From: Candidatus Kapaibacterium sp.
Lineage (GTDB): Bacteria; Patescibacteriota; Patescibacteriia; UBA9934
Assembly: GCA_044350705.1 (NCBI GenBank)
Contig: JBILHA010000002.1
Coordinates: 178,295-242,294 of the forward strand
DNA: 64,000 nucleotides
Direction of reading: 5' to 3'
In this document: positions 46,748-55,385 of the stretch, piece by piece
Numbering within the stretch: position 1 is the first letter of the stretch
Layout: each line of letters opens with the position of its first letter
Program-made: the position numbers and the translations under genes
The notes under the pieces: model-generated
Databases searched by the model: none
What the model was told of the DNA's origin: nothing
What the model saw: the letters and a program-made list of their open reading frames with translations, nothing else

Positions 46748-47649
46748 ACAATTCCTGCCTTCTGCAGGTGTAATCGTACAAAGGCGGATATCGATGCCCG
46801 TCGATCCTCTTCATGGAATTTCAGCATATGATCATTAATGATCACATGCGTCCCTTCATTCTGCTTCTTCTTAATACGTTCCGAGAACAGCCTTTGCTGA
46901 ATCCGTTTTGCAAAAGATTCCGGAACCACAAGCGGTACCTTTCGTGTACGCTTTACTTTTACGGTAGATACCATTCGTGTTGGTTGAGCATGTGGGAGCA
47001 CTTGTTGTATCCAGGGGTTTTGTGCAAAAAACTGCTCGACAAGCGCCTGAGATCCGGCAATCCACCGCAAAGAAGCGGCCCAATACGCAAGATACCAGTC
47101 TTCTTCCCCTTCACGCAGCCTTGCAAATGCCAGCACCTCTTTATCCGCAAAAAAACTCAGGCACACCGGATCACGGATCGTTTCTCCCGGACGCATGCCA
47201 AAAAGACGCAAAGGAATTGTGGCAAAGAGACGGGTATTCCAAATTCTTCCCGGCTTTGTCACGATAAAAAAGTCGATATCTCCTTCTTTATGCGTTGCAT
47301 GCCAAGCGAGCGAATTACACACTGCTATCCCCTCCACTCCCGGTAAACGCATGAGCAGCGCTGCAACGCGCGTTGCTTTTCGATGTTTACGCTGTGCATC
47401 AATATACTTTTTTTCTCGCTCTCTTACCCATTCTTCGCATTCCTGCAGGCTTATATAGCCTTGGTAACGATCTGTATGTTTTTGCATCCACAGCGATTCA
47501 TTAATGCACTTTTCTACTTCTTCTGCTGCGTATGTACGATCCGGTGCAAGCAGCCATGCATGCGCCTCTCTGCGTGTCAGCGGAAACCGAAAATATGCGA
47601 AATACGCAAGCGTTCGATACAGAGCCTTTTCTAAAGGATTGGGTGCCAT
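46744..47649 (-). CDS. Hypothetical protein, possible pol-beta-type nucleotidyltransferase fold
   Basis: 301 aa with a motif NSLAWHATHKEGDIDFFIV resembling the [GS]-x(9-13)-DxD NTase signature. It overlaps the O-antigen ligase gene by 4 nt. Confidence 0.4.
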   Translation of the reverse strand: MAPNPLEKALYRTLAYFAYFRFPLTRREAHAWLLAPDRTYAAEEVEKCINESLWMQKHTDRYQGYISLQECEEWVREREKKYIDAQRKHRKATRVAALLMRLPGVEGIAVCNSLAWHATHKEGDIDFFIVTKPGRIWNTRLFATIPLRLFGMRPGETIRDPVCLSFFADKEVLAFARLREGEEDWYLAYWAASLRWIAGSQALVEQFFAQNPWIQQVLPHAQPTRMVSTVKVKRTRKVPLVVPESFAKRIQQRLFSERIKKKQNEGTHVIINDHMLKFHEEDRRASISAFVRLHLQKAGIV

Positions 47650-47668
47650 ATCCCTATCCTATCAAGCC

Positions 47669-48673
47669 TTAGGTTTTTCTTCGACCAATCCATCCCGCTC
47701 CTTCTCGGATACCGTGCAATGCGCCTACGGTAATAAAAAGAAAATCTCGCAGACGAATAATCATCGTAAATGCAATTGCCGGTGTTCTCAGACCAAGCGT
47801 TGCAAGCATTGCTGCAGTACTTGCTTCGAGTAACCCCAACCCGCCAGGTACGGGCGCCAGGAGCGCCAATCCCGGAATCGTACTTAATAAAATTGACCCA
47901 GCAAGCGTTAGTGATTCTCCAAACGCTCCCGCAATAAACCATACTTCCACTGCTCTGAACCCTGTCATTACCAATGAGAGGAGAATGACCACGGCGAGCA
48001 CCTTTACCCGCCCTGCAAAGAAATGCGTCATTATCTTTTCAACTCCTAACATCCACTCCGCAAAACGCTGAATGCGCTTATGGCTTTTAAAGAATGGTCG
48101 TTTAAAAAATATATGGAATATATTCCACCCTTTTCCCACTGATACGAAAAAAAGCGTCATGAGCAGCACCAGCATTGCAAGGGCAACGTAGGCCACTATG
48201 CCGAAGGTACCGAGTCCTACTCCGGTCGTCAGGGCGAGCACCATGCCGAATACGACATATAAGAGGAAGGCGGATATCTCAAATGCAAGATCAAGCACCA
48301 CCGAACTCGTCGCGGTTTGTGCAGAGATTCCTTCTGTTGCCAACAATGCTACCCGCACGGGTTCTCCTGCTACTTGTGCACCTGGCGTCAGGTAGCCCGT
48401 AGCAAATCCACTCATGCGGTGAAAGAAGAGTCTCACAAAAGATACCCCTTTCTTCTTTTCCATTTCCTCAAGAATAATCTTCCATCGGAGCGTATACAGT
48501 CCAAAATTCAGGATAGAAATTCCCAAAAAAAGCGCAAACGATCCGAGGCCAAATGATACGAGACTCTCCCAGATAAGTGCGGGTCCTGCTTTTTGCACGA
48601 GGAATACAAAAAGCGCACCACCAATCCCTGTCGCAACAATTCCTATCGCGATATGGCGTGTGCGCTCTTGCAT
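47669..48673 (-). CDS. Flippase-like (UPF0104 / lysyl-PG synthase TM-region-like) membrane protein
   Basis: 334 aa, about 8 TM, with N-terminal conservation typical of the UPF0104 family. Confidence 0.55.
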   Translation of the reverse strand: MQERTRHIAIGIVATGIGGALFVFLVQKAGPALIWESLVSFGLGSFALFLGISILNFGLYTLRWKIILEEMEKKKGVSFVRLFFHRMSGFATGYLTPGAQVAGEPVRVALLATEGISAQTATSSVVLDLAFEISAFLLYVVFGMVLALTTGVGLGTFGIVAYVALAMLVLLMTLFFVSVGKGWNIFHIFFKRPFFKSHKRIQRFAEWMLGVEKIMTHFFAGRVKVLAVVILLSLVMTGFRAVEVWFIAGAFGESLTLAGSILLSTIPGLALLAPVPGGLGLLEASTAAMLATLGLRTPAIAFTMIIRLRDFLFITVGALHGIREGAGWIGRRKT

Positions 48674-48676
48674 AGT

Positions 48677-49429
48677 TTACGTGGTTGCTGGTGAAGAAGA
48701 GGATGAAGCAGTCTTTTTTCCGAGGAATACCTTGTACATCACGTATGTCAAGAACGTACTTACAATGATGTACATCGTTAATCCCGCAGGAATAATGAAT
48801 GATCCCATGATTAACATGAGCAGCGGAAGCATGTACAGCATGCTCCGATTCATCGCTGCGGTCATATCTTCATCAAGAGAGGCTGCACTCTCTCGAGCGG
48901 CCTTTGGAGGACGCGTAGTTACCATTTGTTTTGCCTGTACGTACTGCACCAACCCTGCAATGATACCAAGCAGAGGAGAAACTTCTCGCAGATCCATTCC
49001 TAAGAAGTCTGCGGTCATGGTACCCGGGTTTGATACAAAGCTATACAGCACCTCTGGCCGAATATCGCCGAACCCTGCTGAAAGCACTTGATACAGCGCA
49101 ATAAATACGAACATCTGTACGATTGCGGGAAGACAGGATGCAAAAGGATTGACGTTGTGCGTCTTGTATACCTGCATGAGCTCCTTTGCCATCGCCTCTT
49201 TATCATCTTTCAATCGCTCACGGATCTCCGCAATTTTTGGCTGGATCTCCTGCATCTCTTTTTGCGCCTTGAGTGACTTATAGGTTGCAGGGAGAACGAT
49301 CAATTTCACCAAAATCGTCACAATGATGATCGCAAGTCCTAATCCACCCCACGCGGGGAGGAGATCGTATACCGCGACAAGCAGGTTATACAGCGGCTGA
49401 TAGAGCACCGCGAAAAAAAGGTCTCCCAT
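48677..49429 (-). CDS. yidC: Membrane protein insertase YidC (short Gram-positive/CPR type)
   Basis: 250 aa with KSLKAQKEMQEIQPKIAEIRE and the NPFASCLPAIVQM YidC/Oxa1 core. Confidence 0.85.
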   Translation of the reverse strand: MGDLFFAVLYQPLYNLLVAVYDLLPAWGGLGLAIIIVTILVKLIVLPATYKSLKAQKEMQEIQPKIAEIRERLKDDKEAMAKELMQVYKTHNVNPFASCLPAIVQMFVFIALYQVLSAGFGDIRPEVLYSFVSNPGTMTADFLGMDLREVSPLLGIIAGLVQYVQAKQMVTTRPPKAARESAASLDEDMTAAMNRSMLYMLPLLMLIMGSFIIPAGLTMYIIVSTFLTYVMYKVFLGKKTASSSSSPATT

Positions 49430-49432
49430 ATC

Positions 49433-50701
49433 TTATTCTGCACCTTCCGAGGACTCTTCCTTCTCCTGCACGCTCGGCCTCTCTTCTTGCGGCTCACTTT
49501 CTCCCTGCTCCTCTTCTGCAACTCTTTCTTCATTTCCCCCTCCAAGCGGCGCACCTTCTTCGAGGATATTGATTTTCCAGCCGGTGAGGCGCGCGGCAAG
49601 ACGGACATTCTGCCCTCCTCGTCCAATAGCCAAAGAAAGCTGATCTCCCATGACTCTTACCGTTGCCACATGCTCCTCTTCATCAAGTCCAAGAGAGACG
49701 ATTTTCGCAGGGGCAAGCGCCTGGGTAATAAACTGCTCGGCACTATCGTTCCATTCAATGATGTCGATTTTTTCTCCGGAAAGTTCCGCAATGACCGTCT
49801 GAATACGCGTCCCACGCTGACCAATGCAGGCTCCAATAGGATCAATGCGTGGATCTCGAGAAGATACTGCGATCTTGGTACGAGATCCGGCTTCGCGCGC
49901 TAATGCGCGAATTTCCACCGCTCCTTCTCCAATTTCTGGGATTTCCGTTTCAAATAACTTTTGTACCAACATTTCGTGCGTACGCGAAAGGAGGATTTGC
50001 GCCCCCCGCTGACCAAGAGATACTTCGCGTACATATACCTGTACACGATCTCCTGAACGATACCGATCCGTAGGCATCTGATCTTCAGGACGCAAAATTC
50101 CTGCGGTACGACCAATGTCTACCAAAATGACTCGACCCTCGCGACGCTGCACCGTACCGGTAATCACGGTTCCTTCAATGCCCTTGTATTCATTGAAGAT
50201 GATTTCCCGCTCCGCTTCGCGCAACTTCTGCATAATCACCTGCTTTGCCGTCATTGCCGCCATGCGTCCGAATTCTCCCGGAAGAGGAAGTTCTCGGCGG
50301 AGTGTTTCTCCCACCTGCGCACTCATTTTTAATACGCGAGCATCAGAAATCATGATGTCGGTCTTCGGGTTAAACACGGGGCCGCTTTCTGCGGGAAGAT
50401 CTTCGGCGATCACCTCGCCCGCAACACGACGCGCTTCACGAAGCGCGGTTGCTTCTGCCTCTTTTTGACGAATCTCTTCCAATTCTTCTGGAGAAATATC
50501 TTCTACGATCGTCTTTACATCAAAAATGCGGACATTTCCCGTTTCTGGATCGAATTCCGCTTCAAGATTGTGATATTTATCACCAAAGTCTTTGCGATAC
50601 GCCGCGGCAAGTGCTGACTCAATAGTGGCAAGCACTGACTCATAAGCCAAACCTTTTTCTTCACAAATTTGGCGCATGGCCTGCTCAATAGGAGATGACA
50701 T
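49433..50701 (-). CDS. nusA: Transcription termination/antitermination factor NusA
   Basis: N-terminal domain, S1 and two KH domains (GACIGQRGTRIQ, GRGGQNVRLA). The start is taken at MSSPIEQ. Confidence 0.85.
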   Translation of the reverse strand: MSSPIEQAMRQICEEKGLAYESVLATIESALAAAYRKDFGDKYHNLEAEFDPETGNVRIFDVKTIVEDISPEELEEIRQKEAEATALREARRVAGEVIAEDLPAESGPVFNPKTDIMISDARVLKMSAQVGETLRRELPLPGEFGRMAAMTAKQVIMQKLREAEREIIFNEYKGIEGTVITGTVQRREGRVILVDIGRTAGILRPEDQMPTDRYRSGDRVQVYVREVSLGQRGAQILLSRTHEMLVQKLFETEIPEIGEGAVEIRALAREAGSRTKIAVSSRDPRIDPIGACIGQRGTRIQTVIAELSGEKIDIIEWNDSAEQFITQALAPAKIVSLGLDEEEHVATVRVMGDQLSLAIGRGGQNVRLAARLTGWKINILEEGAPLGGGNEERVAEEEQGESEPQEERPSVQEKEESSEGAE

Positions 50702-50789
50702 AAAACGATAGATTCCATTCAATAGAACGACCCGGCGGTCAGCCAGGTCGGATACTATGAGCATACTGCATCTCCCTTAAACAGGCAAG

Positions 50790-51152
50790 CTATCCTACCG
50801 CAGGAAAGTGTCGAAGAAAAATGGGCTTTTGCGGGAACATATCCAGCGCAACTACATCAATGCGGTAGCGCACTTTTGCCAACCTGAGCCCTCCAATGTA
50901 CACCTGGAGCGCGCGGGTTATTTTCTTTATTTTATGAGCCGTTACCGCCTCTTCCGGCAAACCATATTTGTGCGATCTCCGCGCCTTTACTTCTACAAAT
51001 ATCCACGTCCCTTCCGGGTCTCTCGCGATCACATCAATCTCCCCCATACGCGTTCTAAATTGTCGTGCCAGAATTTCCCATCCCAGTCGCTGGAGATACT
51101 GCACGACATATTCTTCCGCCCAGGTTCCTTGTAGTTGCTTTGTACTTGGCAT
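50790..51152 (-). CDS. yraN: YraN-family endonuclease (UPF0102)
   Basis: 120 aa with GEIDVIARD...FVEVKAR. Confidence 0.75.
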   Translation of the reverse strand: MPSTKQLQGTWAEEYVVQYLQRLGWEILARQFRTRMGEIDVIARDPEGTWIFVEVKARRSHKYGLPEEAVTAHKIKKITRALQVYIGGLRLAKVRYRIDVVALDMFPQKPIFLRHFPAVG

Positions 51153-51155
51153 AAA

Positions 51156-51185
51156 AGAAAAAACTCACCTGTTGGGGAGTTTTTT
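51156..51185 (-). terminator. Weak hairpin + T-run terminator after the 51211..51630 gene
   Basis: ACTCACC-TGTT-GGGGAGT followed by TTTTT; one mismatch in the stem. Confidence 0.35.
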
Positions 51186-51210
51186 CAGGACATGTTTTCA
51201 GTCTAGCACA

Positions 51211-51630
51211 CTATCGCGCACGGCGTGGGAGATACTTATTTTGCACTGTGGAAAGCGTGCGACGGAGACGCTCTTCAGGCATTTCCTTCTTCCAGTGGAT
51301 AAAGAGTTTTCGAGCAGAGATCGCCATTCCGATGGCAATGACGATAAACCAAAAACGAGAACCAAAGAAAGAAATTTCCTCAAATGAGAAAAAGAGCCAG
51401 AAAAATCCGATCACGCCCCACGTCGTTGCCTTTCCTGCGAAATTCTGCAGAAAATGCTTCATAGGCTTGTCTACCTCTGCGTTGCGCTTTGCAATTCTCG
51501 CCGCCGATGCAGCGATCACGAGGGATGCGAAGAGTACAAAAAAGGCGATGGTGAAACCGCTTCCCATGCGTACCGGCGTCATGTCAAACCAAAACGAGAG
51601 GTCGAAAATATTCAGCATAGATTGCTGCAT
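51211..51630 (-). CDS. Hypothetical membrane protein (4 TM)
   Basis: 139-aa hydrophobic ORF; no family recognised. Confidence 0.45.
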   Translation of the reverse strand: MQQSMLNIFDLSFWFDMTPVRMGSGFTIAFFVLFASLVIAASAARIAKRNAEVDKPMKHFLQNFAGKATTWGVIGFFWLFFSFEEISFFGSRFWFIVIAIGMAISARKLFIHWKKEMPEERLRRTLSTVQNKYLPRRAR

Positions 51631-51654
51631 GGTAGCTGAATAGGGGTCGAATCG

Positions 51655-52197
51655 TCAAAACTGCTGATAGACACGGACCCAATGCCAAGGCGTTACCTCT
51701 ACCCGCTCTATTGCGCGCAGTCCAATATGCGCGAGTACTACATCTAACCGCTTTGGGTCTATCCGAAAATCCCACCGGGGAGCAAGCGCATGCCTTCCTT
51801 CAGGCATCCAGTCCACGACAATAATCTTCCCCTTTTTTCCTAAACTCTTTGCCAGCCGGGAAAACACCCCTGCATGACGCTTAAACATCCAGGTGGTATT
51901 TACGACAAACACTGCATCAATATCAGAGACTGGCAGGTCATGCTCTCCCTCCACATCCATCCACAAAAAATCTACTTGATGCACGAGATATTGACGACGT
52001 AATCCTTCAAGCATTTCCAGCGTGTCACGAGAAACATCTATCCCTATCACCCTCCCCTTTCCTCCCACGCGCTGCGCGGCAGGGAAAAGAATGTGTCCCG
52101 TTCTTCCCGGTCCCACATCAAGCACGGCATGCCCTTCTTCAAGCTGCGCGATATCAAGCAATGTTTCCGCTGAGAGAAGCGCTGAGCCAGCACGCAT
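51655..52197 (-). CDS. Class I SAM-dependent methyltransferase
   Basis: VLDVGPGRTGHILF motif I and VIGIDVS motif II. Confidence 0.6.
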   Translation of the reverse strand: MRAGSALLSAETLLDIAQLEEGHAVLDVGPGRTGHILFPAAQRVGGKGRVIGIDVSRDTLEMLEGLRRQYLVHQVDFLWMDVEGEHDLPVSDIDAVFVVNTTWMFKRHAGVFSRLAKSLGKKGKIIVVDWMPEGRHALAPRWDFRIDPKRLDVVLAHIGLRAIERVEVTPWHWVRVYQQF

Positions 52198-52200
52198 AGC

Positions 52201-52446
52201 TTAAAACGCAAAAAGTGAACGAATAAAACCTCCCACGATAATCTCAAATGAGTTTGTCATGACCATGACGCCCACGATGATAATTGCCGTTCCGAGCAGT
52301 TTATAAAACAACCGCGTTCCTCCCCCTCCCAAGGTACGGTCCGCCCAAGGCACTGATCCGAGGAGCCCATAGAAAAAATCCGTTTTCCACACCATGAAAA
52401 ACCCTGCCACTCCAATTGCGAGTCCGATAAGAATACGTGCGAGCAT
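52201..52446 (-). CDS. Small membrane protein (81 aa), hypothetical
   Basis: MLARILIGLAIGVAGFFMVW... The longer ORF reaching 52602 has a junk-like N-terminus, so the internal start is preferred. Confidence 0.4.
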   Translation of the reverse strand: MLARILIGLAIGVAGFFMVWKTDFFYGLLGSVPWADRTLGGGGTRLFYKLLGTAIIIVGVMVMTNSFEIIVGGFIRSLFAF

Positions 52447-52504
52447 AGATACTTGCAGTATATAACAAAACCCCTCTTCATATGAAAAAGAAGAGGGGTG
52501 CTGT

Positions 52505-52580
52505 TGGTGGACCTTAGCGGGCTCGAACCGCTGACCTCTTCCATGCCATGGAAGCGCTCTACCAGCTGAGCTAAAGGCCC
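52505..52580 (-). tRNA. tRNA-Ala (anticodon GGC), 76 nt, CCA encoded
   Basis: Reverse complement GGGCCTTTAGCTCAGCTGGTAGAGCGCTTCCATGGCATGGAAG...GGTTCGAGCCCGCTAAGGTCCACCA. It has the G3:U70 Ala identity pair and anticodon loop ATGGCAT. Confidence 0.9.
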
Positions 52581-52685
52581 TGAAGTGAGCACAAGTAAAC
52601 ACGCCTCAAATGAAATCGTCAACGATTTTGTATACAAAAAACCCCACTTCGCTCTTCCTATCGTCGGAGCTATGGTGGGGATTTT

Positions 52686-52762
52686 TGGTGGACGCTGGGG
52701 GATTCGAACCCGCGACCCTCTCGGTGTAAACGAGATGCTCTAACCAGCTGAGCTAAGCGTCC
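52686..52762 (-). tRNA. tRNA-Val (anticodon TAC), 77 nt, CCA encoded
   Basis: Reverse complement GGACGCTTAGCTCAGCTGGTTAGAGCATCTCGTTTACACCGAGAGGGTCGCGGGTTCGAATCCCCCAGCGTCCACCA, with acceptor GGACGCT/AGCGTCC. Confidence 0.85.
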
Positions 52763-52856
52763 GCACATGTGGGTATCTCAGGAACGAGAAATAGGATACA
52801 TCACCTTTTTGGTCTTGCCAAGTGTTTTGTCCTTTAGTATCCTACTACCGCCTTAA

Positions 52857-52943
52857 GCGGACGTGGCGGAATTGGTATACGCGCTAGCTTGAGGGGCTAG
52901 TGCCAGCAATGGCTTGAGAGTTCGAGTCTCTCCGTCCGCACCA
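52857..52943 (+). tRNA. tRNA-Leu (anticodon GAG), 87 nt, long variable arm, CCA encoded
   Basis: Acceptor GCGGACG/CGTCCGC, anticodon stem-loop CTAGC-TTGAGGG-GCTAG, variable arm TGCCAGCAATGGC, and T-arm GAGAGTTCGAGTCTCTC. Confidence 0.9.
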
Positions 52944-52957
52944 AGAACATCCTTCCT

Positions 52958-53692
52958 ATGTGGAGGGATGTTGTTGTTTTTGCCCTCATTTTCCAGTACC
53001 CTTTCTTTACTATGTCTTTAGGATTTTCCCGCGGTTTCCGCTTTGGTTTGTACGGCCTTGCCGTGTTTATTCTTGCGGCAAGCATGTATGCGCTTGCGAA
53101 GCCAAGCCTCAGTGGCGGCATTCCTGCGGTTTCAGAGGCCGACCATGTAAAAGGCACCTCTGAAGCGTCTGTTACGCTCGTAGAATATTCCGACTTTCAA
53201 TGTCCTGCGTGTAAGGCATTCCAACCTGTTCTTGAAGATGTGCTCGCGACGTATGGCGATCAAGTACGCCTTGTCTACCGCCACTTTCCTCTTTACACCA
53301 TCCATCCAAATGCCGAAGCTGCAGCCATTGCATCCGAGGCTGCTGCAAACCAAGGAAAGTTTTGGGAAATGCATGACCTGCTCTTTGACCGCCAGGCAGA
53401 CTGGGAAACCCTTCCCAATCCCCAAGATCTTTTCGTTGCGTATGCAGAACTTCTTGGTCTCAACACCGAGCAGTTTCGAGCAGATCTTACCAACGGCGCC
53501 ACAAGAGATCGGGTGCGTCTTGATGTAAATTCGGGAAATGCGGCAAATATTTCCGCCACCCCTACCCTCTATCTTAACGGCACTGCCCTCACCTTCCCTC
53601 GCACCGAAAGCCCGCTGACGTATCTTAAGACGCAAATCGACGCTCTTCTCGCAAACCAACCCCAAGCTTCCTCAGAAGCTCCTACCGAATAA
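52958..53692 (+). CDS. DsbA-family thiol:disulfide oxidoreductase (thioredoxin fold, CPAC active site), membrane-anchored
   Basis: N-terminal TM/signal, VTLVEYSDFQCPACKAF, and TPTLYLNG (cis-Pro loop region). Confidence 0.75.
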   Translation: MWRDVVVFALIFQYPFFTMSLGFSRGFRFGLYGLAVFILAASMYALAKPSLSGGIPAVSEADHVKGTSEASVTLVEYSDFQCPACKAFQPVLEDVLATYGDQVRLVYRHFPLYTIHPNAEAAAIASEAAANQGKFWEMHDLLFDRQADWETLPNPQDLFVAYAELLGLNTEQFRADLTNGATRDRVRLDVNSGNAANISATPTLYLNGTALTFPRTESPLTYLKTQIDALLANQPQASSEAPTE

Positions 53693-53701
53693 TTACGACG
53701 T

Positions 53702-54172
53702 ATGTCTTTGCCAAAATGGGCGCCGCTCATTCCCATCGTCGCGTTCATCGGCCTCGCCGATGCGCTTTACCTTACCCTCAATCACTACTTCGGCGTCCCT
53801 TTGGCATGCGGTCCTCTTTCGGGATGCGATACGGTCACCTCGAGCGTCTATTCAATCGTTCTCGGCATTCCCGTCGCACTCTTTGGCGTCCTTTACTATC
53901 TCGCCATGTTCTTCGGCATGCTCTTTGCTCTTGAATATCAGTCGGCCATTTATTTTAGACTCTTCTGCCTGTTCTCTCTTGCTGGACTCATTGCGTCTGG
54001 ATGGTTTGTCTTTGTCATGGCCGTTCTTCTCCAAGCCTGGTGCACCTACTGTCTCGTTTCCGCGTTTACTTCTACGCTCCTTTTCCTCTTGAGTATGTTT
54101 GCACTTTCCACCCTGAAACGTACCCCGCCCCCCTCTGTTTCTTCCGAGGAACCGAAAGGCTCTCAGGTATAA
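53702..54172 (+). CDS. Vitamin K epoxide reductase (VKOR)-family protein, the DsbB-type partner of DsbA
   Basis: 156 aa, 4-5 TM, with loop cysteines ACGPLSGCD and the active-site CTYC in the last TM. Confidence 0.8.
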   Translation: MSLPKWAPLIPIVAFIGLADALYLTLNHYFGVPLACGPLSGCDTVTSSVYSIVLGIPVALFGVLYYLAMFFGMLFALEYQSAIYFRLFCLFSLAGLIASGWFVFVMAVLLQAWCTYCLVSAFTSTLLFLLSMFALSTLKRTPPPSVSSEEPKGSQV

Positions 54173-54175
54173 ATA

Positions 54176-54206
54176 AAAACAGATGGATGTTATCCATCTG
54201 TTTTTA
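54176..54206. terminator. Bidirectional rho-independent terminator
   Basis: AAAAACAGATGGA-TGTTA-TCCATCTGTTTTT: a perfect 8-bp stem plus A/T runs. Confidence 0.65.
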
Positions 54207-54207
54207 T

Positions 54208-54963
54208 TTATACGACAAATTTTCTCTCTCTTCCCGTGATTACCCGCAATCTTCCTGGAAGCGTTTTGAAGGAAAACTCTTGTGCGGTTATTTTCGTTCC
54301 GTCCGCTTGCAGCGTTACCTGTTTTGGCGCGTACACTCGCATGTTTGCCACGTGTACCTTTCCTATGTCCTGCTTCTTTCCAAATAAAGACAGTCGCGCG
54401 ATCCGGGTTACGAGCGTGATCTTTCCATCGGTAGGACTTACCACTCCAATATCCGGCTGTTCTGCGGAGAGATTCACGAAGCAGAACTGTGTCCTTCGCT
54501 TTACTGAAAGCGTATACCGATCTTCGCACGAAACGACGCACCCTGTCCCGTCCATAATCGCCTCGTGCAAAAACTTTCTTCCATTTACTTCCCCGATATC
54601 CAGATCTTCAACCAGGCGTGCGGAGAGGATATCGCACGCAGCAGCGCCTTGCGGTACACCTAAAAGCTCTGCAAAGGGATTATCAGGAGTGATCGGGATA
54701 TACCCAACTACCGTCCTTGTTTCTTCGACGGCATTTAACACTTTCTCTAGGGTCGCATCATTTCCTACCGCTACGATTGTTTTTACTCCTTTACGGATTT
54801 CCTGGTGAAGCACTTGCTGTGCATCACGAAAAAAAGCAAGCCGGATGACATTTCCGGTTATTCCCAGGTCGGTCAGACGCGTTTCTATGAGACTAATGTC
54901 CCGTTCGTACCGCCGGTCCTGCAGAAAATCGTCGTACACGTAGACGTACATAGGGAAGCGCAT
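54208..54963 (-). CDS. YegS/BmrU/DAGK-family lipid kinase-like protein
   Basis: 251 aa. The N-terminal VKTIVAVGNDATL resembles the GGDGT-type nucleotide-binding loop of DAGK_cat (degenerate). Confidence 0.55.
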   Translation of the reverse strand: MRFPMYVYVYDDFLQDRRYERDISLIETRLTDLGITGNVIRLAFFRDAQQVLHQEIRKGVKTIVAVGNDATLEKVLNAVEETRTVVGYIPITPDNPFAELLGVPQGAAACDILSARLVEDLDIGEVNGRKFLHEAIMDGTGCVVSCEDRYTLSVKRRTQFCFVNLSAEQPDIGVVSPTDGKITLVTRIARLSLFGKKQDIGKVHVANMRVYAPKQVTLQADGTKITAQEFSFKTLPGRLRVITGRERKFVV

Positions 54964-54977
54964 TCTCCTTCCCCGCT

Positions 54978-55367
54978 TTACTCTTCTGTCTCAACCGCTC
55001 TCTTGCCTTTCTTTCCTCCCGTGGCAAGTTGCGCCACTTCTTCTCCCATGCGAACGGTACCGTTTACTTGCGCACCTGCACCCACGGAGAGCACATCCAC
55101 CGCCAAATCTCCCGTGAATTTTGACGTTGGCATGAGTTCAAGCTTTCCAAGAATATGCATCGTTCCTCGCACTTCTCCAGATACAATGGCGTTCTGCGCA
55201 CGAATATCCGCCTCTACCTTTGCCGCATCTCCAATACGCAAATCTCCTGCCGTGGTAATCGTTCCCCGTACTTCACCCTCAATAACGATATCTCCTTCTG
55301 CAATGAATTCACCTTCAATGCGGACCCCTTGTGCAATAATTGTTTCGTTGTAGTTATTTTTTGCCAT
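54978..55367 (-). CDS. Bactofilin (BacA/CcmA family cytoskeletal protein)
   Basis: 129 aa of repetitive beta-helical G-rich repeats: IEGEFIAEGDIVIEGEVRGTITTAGDLRIGDAAKVEADIRA.... Confidence 0.75.
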   Translation of the reverse strand: MAKNNYNETIIAQGVRIEGEFIAEGDIVIEGEVRGTITTAGDLRIGDAAKVEADIRAQNAIVSGEVRGTMHILGKLELMPTSKFTGDLAVDVLSVGAGAQVNGTVRMGEEVAQLATGGKKGKRAVETEE

Positions 55368-55385
55368 AGGAATGAATAGAGTGTG

